Numbered from the stretch's first letter, positions 12,882 through 26,298 are shown. The stretch is DNA of 64,000 nucleotides from Eledone cirrhosa (GCA_964016885.1 OZ024740.1:112406001-112470000), one strand, 5' to 3'. Program-made: numbers and translations. The notes: generated by a model from the sequence alone, not told the origin.

Positions 12882-13308
12882 CACATTAAGCATTTACATT
12901 ACTCTATATTTACTATCATATTTTCATAGTAAAGGCTTTACCTCACATTATTATCTCACATAATATCAAATCTATGAGATTTTGACATTATTTATTTTGA
13001 AATAATGGTGGTGGATTGGCAGTATCGGTAGAGGGTCGGACGCCATGCTTTCCAGCATAGTTATGTCCCTTTACAATCTGAGTTCAAATCCCGCCGAGGT
13101 TGACTTTGCCTTTCATCCTTACGGGGTCGATAAAATAAAGTACCAGCAATGCACTGGGTAATTGCTGGCCTAGTGCCTAAAGTAGAAACGATTATTTATT
13201 TTGAAAACAATACCTTAGCATCAGTATTTGTAGCTGGTTACAGCTGGTTTTGAACAGAAAGAGGCAAGAGAATTCTGGCTGGATACGGCAGGTTTAAATG
13301 CTGAAGGG
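12882..13308. mobile_element. piggyBac-like MITE P1 (inverted relative to 4325) interrupted by a SINE
   Basis: TTAA at 12878-12881 and 13309-13312; right end TTTAAATGCTGAAGGG; body matches reverse complement of 4325-4545. Confidence 0.8.
13006..13190 (+). mobile_element. tRNA-derived SINE family A with 16-bp TSD
   Basis: TSD ATTATTTATTTTGAAA at 12987-13002 and 13191-13206. Confidence 0.95.
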
Positions 13309-13486
13309 TTAAATCGATCTTTCAGAAGGTATTATGAGTGAGTTCATCTTTGTGTATATATGTACCAGATGTATGCACATACATATTAAATTGCATGTGT
13401 ATGTGTGTTTCTCTAAGTGGGTTTTTTTTTTTTTTGTTGCATACAGTTGTGAATACTTGTACATGTGAATATTGTATACAGGAGTT

Positions 13487-13557
<71 letters not shown>

Positions 13558-13664
13558 CATCTTCACCGTTTAACGTCCGTTTTCCATGCTAGCATAGGTT
13601 AGATGGGTTATCCTGTTGTGAGCAATGCCAGGTCAGGTGACCATGTTTTGCTTATACAGAACTG

Positions 13665-13696
<32 letters not shown>

Positions 13697-13864
13697 CCGT
13701 ATTTCTTGGCGTTGAAGACGCTACTTTTTTCCTAAAATAAGTCTAAAAAATCTACCATGCGTCCTGGAGGCCAAAGGTTATTTATTATTGTTTTTCAAAT
13801 TTTTGGTTGTCAAAATTAGGGTGTGTCCTCGAGGATAAAGCATCTTCGGTGCCGGGAAATACGG
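13697..13864. mobile_element. Tc1/mariner-superfamily (Tc2/pogo-like) MITE
   Basis: ~26-bp imperfect TIRs CCGTATTTCTTGGCGTTGAAGACGCT / revcomp CCGTATTTCCCGGCACCGAAGATGCT; TA on both sides. Confidence 0.85.
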
Positions 13865-13985
13865 TATATATCATCATCACTGTTTTACGTCTATTTTTCC
13901 ATGCTGGCATGGGTTAATGAGTTAGACGAGTTGTCCTGTTGTGGGTAATGTTAGGTCAGGTGACCATATCTTGCTCATACAGTAC

Positions 13986-14051
<66 letters not shown>

Positions 14052-14701
14052 CACACACACACACACATAATATTCTTGGCTTAGTACTTAATTTTAACTG
14101 AGTCTTCATGGGCCCAGTAGCTAAATTACATGCTGGTTTTTATGTATTTTTATTAAAAAAGAAAAAAGTGTGACTTATACATGAGTGTATATTGTATGTG
14201 TGAAGGTGATCAACTTTGCAGAGCTGGAGCATTGGAAAATTAAATTTAATAATATTTATAATTAAAAATTCATATTTAAATGAAACAAAAGAAAAAAAAA
14301 ACAAAAAGGGAATGACAAAAAAGAAAAAGGAGAATTAAACGAAAGAAAAGGAAAGCGGGTGGGTGGGGGGGAATACTCTACACCCCAGTCTGAGTGGTGA
14401 TTCGGCCATGCCCTACTGACAGGATGGTAAAAACATTGCCATGGAGAACGGTCAGCAACACCCACTGCAACAGTTGTTCTGGCCCTTTATGCTTTGAGAT
14501 GAAATCCCACATAAAGGTCCACTTCGTCTTACATTCTTTTGGGGATCAATAAAGAAAATACCAGTCCAGTAATGGTGCAGTCTTCTCTTCCAGTTGTCAC
14601 ATCCTGGATAAAAAAAAAAAGGAATCTCCAGAACCCAGTTGTGAGTGAGGGCTGTAGTTTTATGTATGTTTGTATGGATTATATGCACACACACACAATA
14701 T

Positions 14702-15080
14702 ATCATCATCATCATCATCATCACCGTTTTACGTCCGTTCTTCCACGCTAGCATGGGTTAGACGGGTTGTCCTGTTGTGGGCAGTGTCTGGTCGGCTGAC
14801 CATGCCTTGCTCATACAGGAACTGATTTGGCTTGATTTCTACAGCTGGAAGCCCTTCCTAACACCAACCTCATTTACAGTGAGTGCTGGGTGCTTTTTCG
14901 TGGCGCCTACACGTCCACTTTACAGTGTGGGCTGGGCTGGGTGCTTTTTTGCCGTGGCACCTCCACGGCCACCTTGCGGTGGGGTGTGTGGGGGCATATT
15001 GTCTATATGCTTCAGCTTGTACCCATGGGAGGTCGGGTACTCTGTATTACTGCGTGACGCCAGAAGTCACGGTCGTGTGT
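14702..15080 (-). mobile_element. RTE-type 3' end (LINE 3' UTR or SINE tail), second subfamily
   Basis: (CAT)n-CGTTTTACGTCC..CCACGCTAGCATGGGTTAGACGGG and CTACAGCTGGAAGCCCTTCCTAACACCAACC shared with LINE 3' UTR at 98-489; shorter copies at 13557-13662 and 13871-13982. Confidence 0.8.
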
Positions 15081-15922
15081 CTATGTATAAATTTATATAT
15101 ATATAGATAGATGTATATATCAAAATAGTTCTCTGCTGATTTACAATATATTTCTAAATATTTTTTCTAGTAGTCTCTTTGTCGTAATTGAGTGAGCATG
15201 TATGCAGGGGTTTTTTTTTCCCAGGACACTGTATGAATTGTGTGAATTACATAAAAATAGTTTTATGCATGTGTTCCTTTGTAATATGAGTAGAAGGACA
15301 ATAAATTCAGATATTTACATATTTATGGCGATTTTGTAAGTAACAAGATTTTCTTCCCACTGTTAAAAAAACAGCTAGCTATATTATAAGGAGATACTGG
15401 AGAGTGTTACACATGTGGTAGGTTTATGCCTATTTGGAGACCACAAACCTGATTGATTTCATCTGAAACACCATACATACACACACACACACCGCCATCA
15501 TCATTGTCGTCGTTTTTACGCCCATATTTTTCTATGCTTCAATGAGTTGGATGGGTATCAAAGCTTTTCATCTCCAGCTACAGCTATTTGTCAACTAGCT
15601 CCTATAGCAACAGATAAAAATGCCATGTTTTATGATATAAACATGCACACGCACACTATATATATATATATATATATACAATGATATTAAATAAATGGAA
15701 ACTATATTTATAAAACCATATTTATTCTATTATATATATTTCAATATTATACATATATATATATATAGAGAGAGAGAGAGCGAGAGAGATAGATAGATGC
15801 AATACAATGTTACTTATTTATTTACATATATACATATGCCTATAAACATATGCATACATGCATTCAAACATACATTGACATAAATAGACATGTACGATAC
15901 ATACACACATATATATATATAT

Positions 15923-17527
15923 ATGATAATAATGATGAGCTGCGCGTTGCAAATGGGGTGCATATGAAAAAGTAAGTCCTTCATCAGTGACCCTCCAACC
16001 GTCCCAGGCATTTCATCGCTTTAAGGGCCATATACCTCAGGTTGGTGCGAACAACGGCTAAAAAAAGTCGTTGGGACACGTAAATAAAGGGGACGTTAGG
16101 GTAACAAACAAAATGGTTTAAGCAATGGAAAGTGAGAAGAAAGAGACAAGTCCCAGATTTCTATGAATATAAACTCGGTGAAATCGTGAACAAGAGACAA
16201 AAGACCATCAAACCTGGTTGAAATGTGAGCAAGGAAGGAATTTCGCACAGGTCTAACGGGGGGAAGAAGAAGAAGGGGTCTGGTCTACGAATTCGGTAAA
16301 CATAAGTTTTGTGAAGTCGCAGACGAAAGAGAGAGAGAGAAAAAAAATTTCATACCGGCTTGACCAAGAACGCGCGAGAAAAGAATTACACACAGGTCAA
16401 ACGGGAGGAAAGAAGAGGAAAGAGGAGGAGAGGTAGTGACAGAGAATGAGTGAGTGAAAGTTGAGGAGGAGGCTAACAGAGAGAGAGACTGCTAGAAAGG
16501 GTAAAGATACAAAGAACGAAACAGACGGGTGGCAGCAGAAGTAAAATTATGTGTAAATATGATAATGATGAGCTGCGCGTTGCAAATGGAGTGCATATGA
16601 AAAAGTAAGTCCTTCATCAGTGACCCTCCAACCGTCCCAGGCATTTCATCGCTTTAAGAGCCATATACCTCAGGTTGGTGCGAACAACGGCTAAAAAAGT
16701 CGTTGGGACACGTAAATAAAGGGGACGTTAGGGTAACAAACAAAATGGTTTAAGCAACGGAAAGTGAGAAGAAAGAGACAAGTCCCAGATTTCTATGAAT
16801 ATAAACTCGGTGAAATCGTGAGCAAGAGACAAAAGACCATCAAACCTGGTTGAAATGTGAGCAAGGAAGGAATTTCGCACAGGTCTAACGGGGGGAAGAA
16901 GAAGAAGAAGAAGAAGAAGAAGGAGTCTGGTCTACGAATTCGGTAAACATAAGTTTTGTGAAGTCGCAGACGAAAGAGAGAGAGAGAAAAAAAATTTCAT
17001 ACCGGCTTGACCAAGAACGCGCGAGAAAAGAATTACACACAGGTCAAACGGGAAGAAAGAGGAGGAAAGAAGAGGAAAGAGGAGGAGAGGTAGTGACAGA
17101 GAATGAGTGAGTGAAAGTTGAGGAGGAGGCTAACAGAGAGAGAGACTTCTAGAAAGAACGAAACAGATGGGTGGCAGCAGAAGAAAAATTATGTGTAAAT
17201 ATGATAATAATGATGAGCTGCGCGTTGCAAATGGGGTGCATATGAAAAAGTAAGTCCTTCATCAGTGACCCTCCAACCGTCCCAGGCATTTCATCGCTTT
17301 AAGGGCCATATACCTCAGGTTGGTGCGAACAACGGCTAAAAAAAGTCGTTGGGACACGTAAATAAAGGGGACGTTAGGGTAACAAACAAAATGGTTTAAG
17401 CAATGGAAAGTGAGAAGAAGGAGACAAGTCCCAGATTTCTATGAATATAAACTCGGTGAAATCATGAACAAGAGACAAAAGACCATCAAACCTGGTTGAA
17501 ATGTGAGCAAGGAAGGAATTTTGCACG
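15923..17527. repeat. 2.5 tandem copies of a ~633-645-bp unit inserted between (TA)n tracts
   Basis: GAGCTGCGCGTTGC at 15937, 16570, 17215; third copy stops at ~17527; CpG-rich relative to flanks. Confidence 0.95.
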
Positions 17528-19413
17528 TACATATATATATATATATATGTACATACATATGTGATCAGTATTTTGTTTGGTACTTATTCTTCCTGTCTTG
17601 GTGACAAAAGTGAAATTGACATTATTATAAAGTTACTATCTCAATTTTATGCTTAGTCATTAGAGAATAGGAGAAATGTTTTGCAGTTGGTTCCTTACTT
17701 TCTGTGTTTGAATCTTACTAAAGTCAACTTTGTTTTAAACCATTATGTCAATAGACAGAACACACTAAACAGTTGTAGATGATGGTAGTATTGATGGTAA
17801 TCTGGGTGCTGAATGGTCTGCAAATAAAACAGTAACAAATATTTGAAAATAAAGATAGAAGAGTCAGAATATAAGTAAAAGAGGGAGGGGAGGGGTGACT
17901 GATTGAATGATTAGCATATAGGTTTTGTTTCAAATGTGGTAGATTTCGAGATAATGTCATTTGGTTGGTTTGTTGCTTGTTGAATATAATTTGGGCAGTT
18001 GGCTTAGGAAATTCTTGTTATTTATCATCAAAGTGAATGAACTCTTTTGCTGTGATGGCTTCCCTTCCCACCTTGTTTGGAGATCCAATATTCAGTGCCA
18101 ACCAGGTGCAGTAGACATGAGAGAGAAAAACATAAAGACCAACCTGACGATAATTTCAATATTGAAGAGAGTTTATATGATGTATTGTGAAATATGTGGT
18201 TAGAATTGTCAGGGGTAAGTCAGTACAATGTAAGTTAGAAATAAAAGAGTGAAAATGGGAGTAGAGAAAGAGAAACAAAGCAAAACAAGCTTAAATTGTA
18301 TAGGTTAGGACCTCTTTTTCAAACTGCATGGCTTAGTGATTAGAGAATTGGATTCTCAATCATGAGGTTGCGAGTTTGAATCCTGGATCGGGTGATGTGT
18401 TATGTCCTTGAGCAAACACTTTATTTCATATTGCTCTTTCTGTCAGGAGTTGCAACCTGTAGGTAATATCAGCAATGGAAACATGTTTCCTTGGTCTGAT
18501 TTGACAAGGTTTACTCCACTTGGTAAGCAAATGAGGTCTGGTATCTTGTCGATTATTTTCATCTTCTTTCTTCTTCTTTTAAATGAAATGAAATGAAGTG
18601 TGATGGTGATGGTTTATTTTTTATGAAGTAAAGAGGCCATCGTGGTAAAGTAGTTAACTATTTTGACATCAAACTCTCTGTTCCTAAGATACAAAGTTGT
18701 TTATTTTTAAGTGTTTATAGTTATCTTTGAAAAATCTATCATAATTTTATGTAAGAACATTTGTTATGGTCTAAACATCAGCTTAATGAGGAGAAAGTAT
18801 ATTACTAATGCACTTTGTATTTAAATCCTGCTACGGTTTAATGTGGATTTTCATCCTTTTGGGCCAATAAAATAAAGCCCCAGTCCACAGTGGTAGATTA
18901 ATGGAATTGTTAGAGTGTCAGATAAGTTGTTTTGCAGTATTTGTTCTGGAGTTCAAATTCCTCTGTGATCTATTTGACTGGTAGACTGTCAGGTATGGCA
19001 CCATCACCTAGCCCTTGCAGGCCTTTAGCAGAGTCTACTCTTGTATTTGGACCGGGTTTCATGTAAGTTGATGGAATGAAAATAATTAAATGAAATTTAC
19101 AGTTCACACCTGTGCAGCTTTTGCTGTTTTTGTACGAGTTTGCATCTCATTGAAGGTTTCTTGTGTATTTTAATGATAAGGGCCTCAGTCCTACCAAGAA
19201 AAGCAACATGAAATGAAGTCTATGTGTCTATATGATATTAAAGACAGGGGGAAATTAACATTAAGAGGATTATCTTTTGTTGAAACAGTTTATATAAATA
19301 TCAGAATTTAACTAGTATGAGAAGGCTTGAGTGTCTATGACCATGCATGTTTCAGTGAGTGTGCATATATGTGTTTGTGTGTGTTTGTGTGTGTGTGTGT
19401 CATTACTTTCTAA

Positions 19414-19646
19414 CCCTTTTGTTACCACCATGGCTATAATCTGGCTCTGGTTCTATGAAATAAAGCCACCCATTTTAAAGATTTCCAATCTCAATTAAAA
19501 ACTTTGAACATAATTTTATATAAGAATGTTACATTAAGTTGCTATCTTAGTAATGAGATAATTAATAATTTAAGTAAATCCCTCAAAATTCTTCCTTAAT
19601 TAATTGAAATAGAGTGTATTTCATTAGCAATGCAGTCATGAAAGGG
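19414..19646. mobile_element. piggyBac-like MITE (family P2), degenerate
   Basis: CCCTTTTGTTAC ... GTCATGAAAGGG then TTAA; related decayed copies near 10880-11240, 27740-27960, 29620-30000, 31250-31860, 40800-40910. Confidence 0.65.
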
Positions 19647-21007
19647 TTAATATCAATTTTCCATGCTTGTATGAATTAGACAAGTTGTCAAGTTCTGTGG
19701 CTAGCCTGGCCAGGTAACCACATTTAGCTCATACATTCCATTTTTGGCATTATTTCTACAGCTTGACGCCCATCCTAACACCAATCGCTTTACAGTGTCT
19801 ACAAGGAAACATTTTATCATGTCTCTAGCACTACTACTTAATAAGGTAGATTGGCTGCTTTCTTTAGCATGGACCAACTCTACCACCTTACAGGGAGAAA
19901 ACTGAAATTTGCATCACAACACAAACTCAACCAGTTTACAGTGTAGACTGGGAGCATATATACATAAATTTATATACACAATCATATTTATACACACACA
20001 CACACACAAAGTAAAATTTAGCCAAATAGGTAATTTTTCAACATCTAATCTGTTAACCATTTCTTGCTACTAAGGTTTAAATATATCCAAAATAGGGAAA
20101 AGAAAAATGTAGGTCAACAAAAAAAGAAAAGAATATATAATTAAATAAATAAATAAATAAACAAACAAAAATACAAAACAAATATCATTACTATTCTTCA
20201 AACACATTTCCCTTCTCTCTGCCACACTTCTTTCTATAAATCTCTCTCTCTCTCTCTCAGAGAATTTAGTCTACCCCCCCCCCCTTTCTCTCACTCGTAT
20301 TATATAGACTCTCATGTATATTATATACACACACTCTCTCTCCCTCTCTAGAATTTATAGTCTGTCATTCTTGTACATTTATATCTCTGCAAACATCTCT
20401 TTCAAAACCACTCACAAAATGTCTGGCCTTCTTCCCAACTAATGAAATTCATTCCGTTTCACTTCCTGGATCTTTGACATGCCATGTGATTGGCCCAATT
20501 TCTCCCAAATTTTGGAGGTAGAATAGTTCAAGGTCTTAATAAACTAAACACAGATTTTATATTTATTTATTTATTATTGTTTTTCCTATTTCCATTTTAT
20601 AAGTAACAGCTTTAATTTTTTCCCTTTTTCTCTTTTTTTTTTAAATCTTTTAACTTCCCTTCCTACTATGTGTATGTTTATTTTTCTTAAATAGAATTCA
20701 ATTCTCTAGGAAGAAAAAAAAAATCATGAATGTGTTAAAGTGGTTTCTAAAATTGGGTTGGGATAGTGTGATGGAATACTTAAGCTGTTTAAATGTTTAA
20801 CCTTTTCCTTACCATATTTATAAATGACAAACCTGTCTATAATTTTAAATCATTAAACATGTGATGAAGTATTTGGAAGGGTTTGATAATATAGTTAGCT
20901 TTCTCGTTATTAAGCTGGAATATAACTTAACAACGGTTCATAAGCAACACTTTGAATTAAACTGTTCTGCTCCCTAGAAGCAGGACCTGTTTCAGTTGGT
21001 TTGGTCT

Positions 21008-21135
21008 ATGGCCCTTGCCATTCTGAGTTCAAATCCCGCTGAGGTTAGCTTTGCCTTTCATCCTTATGGGGTTGATAAAATAAAGTACCAGTAATGTACT
21101 GGGTAATTGCTGGCTTTGTGCCAAAAGTAGAAACA
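21008..21135 (+). mobile_element. 5'-truncated SINE family A
   Basis: GGCCCTTGCCATTCTGAGTTCAAATCCC...AGTAGAAACAATT. Confidence 0.85.
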
Positions 21136-22654
21136 ATTATTATGATTCATATGAAACCACATTAGCAAGGCATTTTCTAAAAATAGAAAACAGCACTTTG
21201 ACTGCATCACATTAAAAATTAAAGACGTTATTCTAATACAGCAGTTTTGCATAATGATATGTCCACCATAACACTATAAACACTTGGATTAATCCAATTT
21301 TTTTAGATATTTTTCTTTCAAATTATTATAGGAGGTTAATTAGCTACAAGATAATTTAGTCAGTGATCCCTTTGTCTGATTTAAATACACCTCAATTAAC
21401 TGATGACATTGGAATAACCAATCTAAAATTACATTGTGTCTGTTGGGCTGTTAAGTTTGTAATTTTAAACATCACACAAAAAAAAATAAATAAATAAAAA
21501 TCACTGTGCTGGTACCATAATAAAATGTACCCAGTGCATCCTGTAAAGTGGTAGCACTGGTCCCTTGATAAGATGCTCTGCAAAGTGGTTATTGTTAGGA
21601 AAAGCATCCAGCCACAGAAAGTATGCAAAAATATGGATTATACAAGCAGAATATGGTTGCTTGAACCATCTAGTCTTGAATTGTGATGACCCATTCAACC
21701 TTTGCCAGAATGGAAATCATTATCCATTATTGTTTTAACATCCACTTTTCCTGTTGGTGATGATGATTCAATTAACACTAACTGAAAAAAAAAAAAAAGC
21801 TAACAAAAATCTTGTAATACATATAAAATTGATTCAGCATATGATCCATATGCCTCATGTATCCTTTCATAACAAAAATACCTTTCTGACAGGTTATTGT
21901 ATATAACCATGTATAAGTCCCACTTCCATTTTACATACATTTAAAATGTACCATATATTTTAAATTGAAGTTTTGTAGAACCTGTTGCTAACTTGCCTGA
22001 AGTATCAGAATGGCCATGTCATGGGCTCTGAACTCTTGTTAGTCATAGGGGTGTCATCATGACACATGCTTCTCAAGTATTTAGTCCCAGCAGAGGCCAT
22101 CTCTCTTTAGTTTCAAACATAGCCAATTTCTTCCAGAGAAAGTGGAGAGAGAGAAAGAACATAAGGAATAGGAGATGATTTGACCTCAGGACTGGACTGG
22201 TACTTATTGGCCTCAGTATAGGACTGGTACTTTATTTGACTTTGGTACAGGACTGGTATTTTATTTGACTTGAAAGGATGAAAAACATAGTCGACCTCGA
22301 CAGAATTTGAACTCAAGAATGCAAATAGGTTGAACAAATATTATAAAGCCTTCATTCTATCTGGCTTTCTAACAGCTATGCCAACTACCATTTTAGAGTT
22401 GGACCTTACTAAATACACTCAAAGATGAGGTTTTGGTATTAAACTAATAAAAGAGTTTCAAAACATTGGAGCAGCTTTGATACTCTCTTCAAATATCATA
22501 CTTTGATTGATTTTGAACTGTTGTAAATTTAGGAGATTAGATTGAGTCTCCTTCTTGTATTGGAGGAAGAAGGGGCTTTGAGCCACTGGTTATGCATACT
22601 ATCATAAACAGACTGTAATATCTCTTTCATAAGCCATGTACTCATAATATATAT

Positions 22655-22845
22655 ATATTGTTGAGTTGTGTCAGGAGGGCAATCACAGTTAAAAAAGGCA
22701 CTTAATACATTGGTAGAGTATACCCATTTTTTCATTTTATATAGAAATAACTTCTACAGGACGAGAACTGTTTCATTCCTGATGATTTCATACAAATGAA
22801 ACAGTTCTAGTCCTGTACATGTCATTTCTATTTAAAATAAAATGT
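22655..22845. mobile_element. Fold-back Penelope-like fragment with degenerate hammerhead core
   Basis: Imperfect inverted arms 22733-22777 / 22795-22845; CTGATGA 22779-22785, GAAACAGTTCTAGTCCTGTA 22798-22817; homologous to 36626-36818. Confidence 0.6.
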
Positions 22846-22879
22846 GTGTGTATGTGTGTGTGTGCATATACATTCGTAC

Positions 22880-23272
22880 ATCATCATCATCATCATCATA
22901 TTACGTCCACTTTTCCCTGCTTGCAAGGGTGGGACGGGAACTGATTCTGGCTTGATTTCTACAGCTAGATGCCCTTCCTAACACCTACCTCATTTACAGT
23001 GAGTGCTGGGTGCTTTTTTTTTGTGGTGCCTACACGTCCACTTTACAGTGTGGGCTGAGTGCTTTTTTGCCGTGGCACCTCCACGACCACTTTTTAGTGG
23101 AATGATAGGGACCCCAGTCCCTATCATCTCATTTCTACAGCTGAGTAAACTGGAGCAATGTAAAATGAAAGTGTCTTGCTCAAGGAAACAACACACCACC
23201 CGGTCTGAGAATTGAACTCACAACCTTTCGATTGCAAGGCCAATGCTCTAACCACTAAGCCATGTGCCTCCA
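22880..23272 (-). mobile_element. Composite tRNA-head SINE (family B head) with RTE-type tail
   Basis: Minus strand: TGGCTTAGTGG A box, GAGTTCAATTC B box, CTTGAGCAAGACAC block, hairpin, then LINE-like 3' end and (GAT)n; partial second copy 47862-48150. Confidence 0.85.
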
Positions 23273-23362
23273 TATCTGTATATATATACACAAGACACAC
23301 AAACACATACACACATACATTTTATGCATACATACACATAACAACATACATTATTCCATTCT

Positions 23363-23461
23363 GCCAAGGTTAACTTTGCCTTTCATCCTTACGGGGTCGA
23401 TAAAATAAAGCACCAGTAATACACTGGGATAATTGCTGGCCTTGTGTCAAAAGTAGAAACA
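23363..23461 (+). mobile_element. 5'-truncated SINE family A with 14-bp TSD
   Basis: ATTATTCCATTCTG (23350-23363) / ATTATTTCATTCTG (23462-23475). Confidence 0.85.
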
Positions 23462-24419
23462 ATTATTTCATTCTGTTATTGTCTCTTTCCACATGTGTGT
23501 GTGTGTGAATGCTATGGCAATAAGTTCTTTGAGAACAGAACCGAGTCAGTAACCAACACATTTTTGATTTTTGTCTCAAAATTTTCCCCATGTTTCATTT
23601 GAATAATATCAATTGTGCTTCTTCTCAGAGAAGCAGATGTATATTCATTTTATAACTCCCCACATCTCCATCTCCCCTCTTCTGTTTCCTAATACTGACA
23701 CCTTCCTTTTATGTTAATAGCTAATGAAAGCAGTGAGAGCGAGTGAGGTAAAAAGCTGTGGTGTGGTGTGGTATAGTGTGGTGGTGTGATTGGTGTGTTG
23801 TGGTGTGGTGTGGTGGGGTGTGACTGATGTGGTGTATTGTGATGTGGAGTACTGTGGTGTGGTGCAGTGCGGTGTGATGTAGAGTACTGTGGTGTGGTGT
23901 GGAGTGGTGCAGTGTGGTGTAGTGTAGTGTGGTGAGGTGTGGTGTGGAAACTACTCAAGTGCATCCTTTCGCCAAAGAGATGCTGTGACATCATAGCAGT
24001 TGCACCTCCTAACCGGAACTGGACTGGAATTATAAATTGTTGAAGAGACTCTCCCTCTCTCTCTCTCTCTCACACACAGACATGCATGCAGATTCAGACA
24101 TATGTACAGAGAGAGAGAAAGAGAGAGGCAAATAGACAGGCAGACAGATATGCATCCAGAGAGAGGCATGACATATACAAATATATACATACATGCATAT
24201 ATATATATATATGCACATACAGACAGACAGAAAGACACATACATGTTTGCATTGTCTCAATCAAGCTGGTATGGAAAGCAGACATAAAATGGCAATGATG
24301 ATAATACATGTGCGACCCCCCCCACCACCACCACCACCCCTCCACACACACACACACGCATACACATAGCATGGAAAAGAAATAATTATAATGATCATAA
24401 TGATGATGCATATCCACAT

Positions 24420-24809
24420 ACATCATACATACATAAATACATACATGCATACATAAATCCATACATACATAAATACATACATGCATAATCACATACATAA
24501 ATACATACATACATAAATACGTACATACATACATACATAAATACATACATACATAAATATGTACATACATACATACGTATGTACATACATACATACATAA
24601 ATACATACATGCATAGTCACATACATAAATCCATACATACATAAATACATACATACATACATACATAAATACGTACATACATACATAAATACATACATAC
24701 ATACATACATACATAAATATATACATACATAAATACATACATACATAAATACATACATACATACATACATACATACATACATACATACATACATACATAC
24801 ATACATACA

Positions 24810-24840
<31 letters not shown>

Positions 24841-24845
24841 GTACG
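24420..24845. repeat. (CATA)n tetranucleotide microsatellite
   Basis: Direct inspection. Confidence 0.95.
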
Positions 24846-25236
24846 TACATATATAGATAGAGAGTCCGACTGACAGGCAGACATTCAAATATACACAAGT
24901 GAATAGAATGTGCTAGTCTAATGAAGTGAAGCTCAGTGTATATGGCTGTAATTCAAGCATGACCAGATTGAGACTTGCATGTACAGCAATACATGGACTG
25001 ATCAGATCTGTCACTAAAGTAGGGAGGGGCTGCATACATGTACATGTATGCATACAAACGATTTTATACATTGCTCATACTATGAATGTGTCTAAAACAG
25101 AGGGCCATTGTAATATATGTATATAATATAAATATGTGTGTGTGCATGCATATACCTCTGTTATATGCATACACACATGCACACACACACACATATATAA
25201 ATAATTTGCGTGTCCAACCCTTGCTAGTTAAATAAT

Positions 25237-25420
25237 TTTTTCTACTTTTGGCACAAGGCCAGCAATTATCCTAGTGTATTACTGGTACTTTATTTTATCG
25301 ACCCCGTAAGGATGAAAGGCAAAGTTAACCTTGGCGGGATTTGAACTCAGAATGGCAAGGGCCGTAACTCTATGCATCAAAGCATGGCGTCCGACCCTCT
25401 ACCGATACTGCCAATTCACC
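25237..25420 (-). mobile_element. SINE family A with 18-bp TSD
   Basis: TSD CCTTGCTAGTTAAATAAT at 25219-25236 and 25419-25436. Confidence 0.95.
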
Positions 25421-25541
25421 TTGCTAGTTAAATAATATATATATATATTACACGTGTTTGTGTATGTATGTGTGTATGTGTATATGTATGTTATGCATAA
25501 CCCATGTTGGCGTGCAAGATAGACGTTAAACGATGATGATG

Positions 25542-25573
<32 letters not shown>

Positions 25574-26041
25574 GTAGTTATATGTGTATATATACACATA
25601 TAAACACACATACATATACACATGTCTCTGTATAAATGTGCATATACATACATATGTGTTTGTATTTTTCTACATGAATAAATTTGTGTGTTGGTTGAGT
25701 GTATATGTGTGGCTGTCAGTTATGTATATGTATAAATAGATGTGTATGTATAATATACACACAAATGCGTTTGTATAAATATATACATATGTGAGCATAA
25801 ATGTATGTATTGATATATATATATATATATATATATATTTGAGTGTATGTACATACAAATATATATTTATAACTACATTTGCATCATGCGCATGCATACA
25901 CATGCATTCATAAGACTGTACATATATAGACACACACAGAACAACGTATATATGTATATTCATCATCCCCCTTACCCACCTCCACAGCATCTTGTAGTGC
26001 AACCACCATTGAAATATGCCCATGACATCATCAAAGCATTA

Positions 26042-26297
26042 TATCATCATCATCATCATCATCATCAACGTTTAACGTCCGTGTTCCACGCTTGCATGGG
26101 TTTGGACGGGGGTAGTCCCACTTGAGGCAAGAGTGATTGTCTTGCTCGCATAGGACTGTCCGGCAGGTTTTCTACAGTTGGATGCCCTTCCTAACACCAA
26201 CCACATTTACAGTGTGGGTCTGGGAGGTTTTTACCGTGTTACCTACACGGCCACATTACAGCGTGGACTGTGTGTTTTTTTGTCGTGACACCTACAC
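26042..26297 (-). mobile_element. Short 3' fragment of the RTE LINE
   Basis: Closely matches 98-348. Confidence 0.9.
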
Positions 26298-26298
26298 C

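Noticed and set aside
15930-16045. Canonical hammerhead in the 640-bp tandem unit
   Set aside because: CTGATGA is present on the minus strand but no GAAA/stem III/stem I combination could be completed; the plus-strand ATGATGA..GAAA lacks the first core C
20408-20500. Minus-strand mini-exon (MNFISWEEGQTF|GTGAGT) or Ets-IRF/CCAAT motif cluster
   Set aside because: Short motifs expected by chance in 64 kb; no corroborating exon
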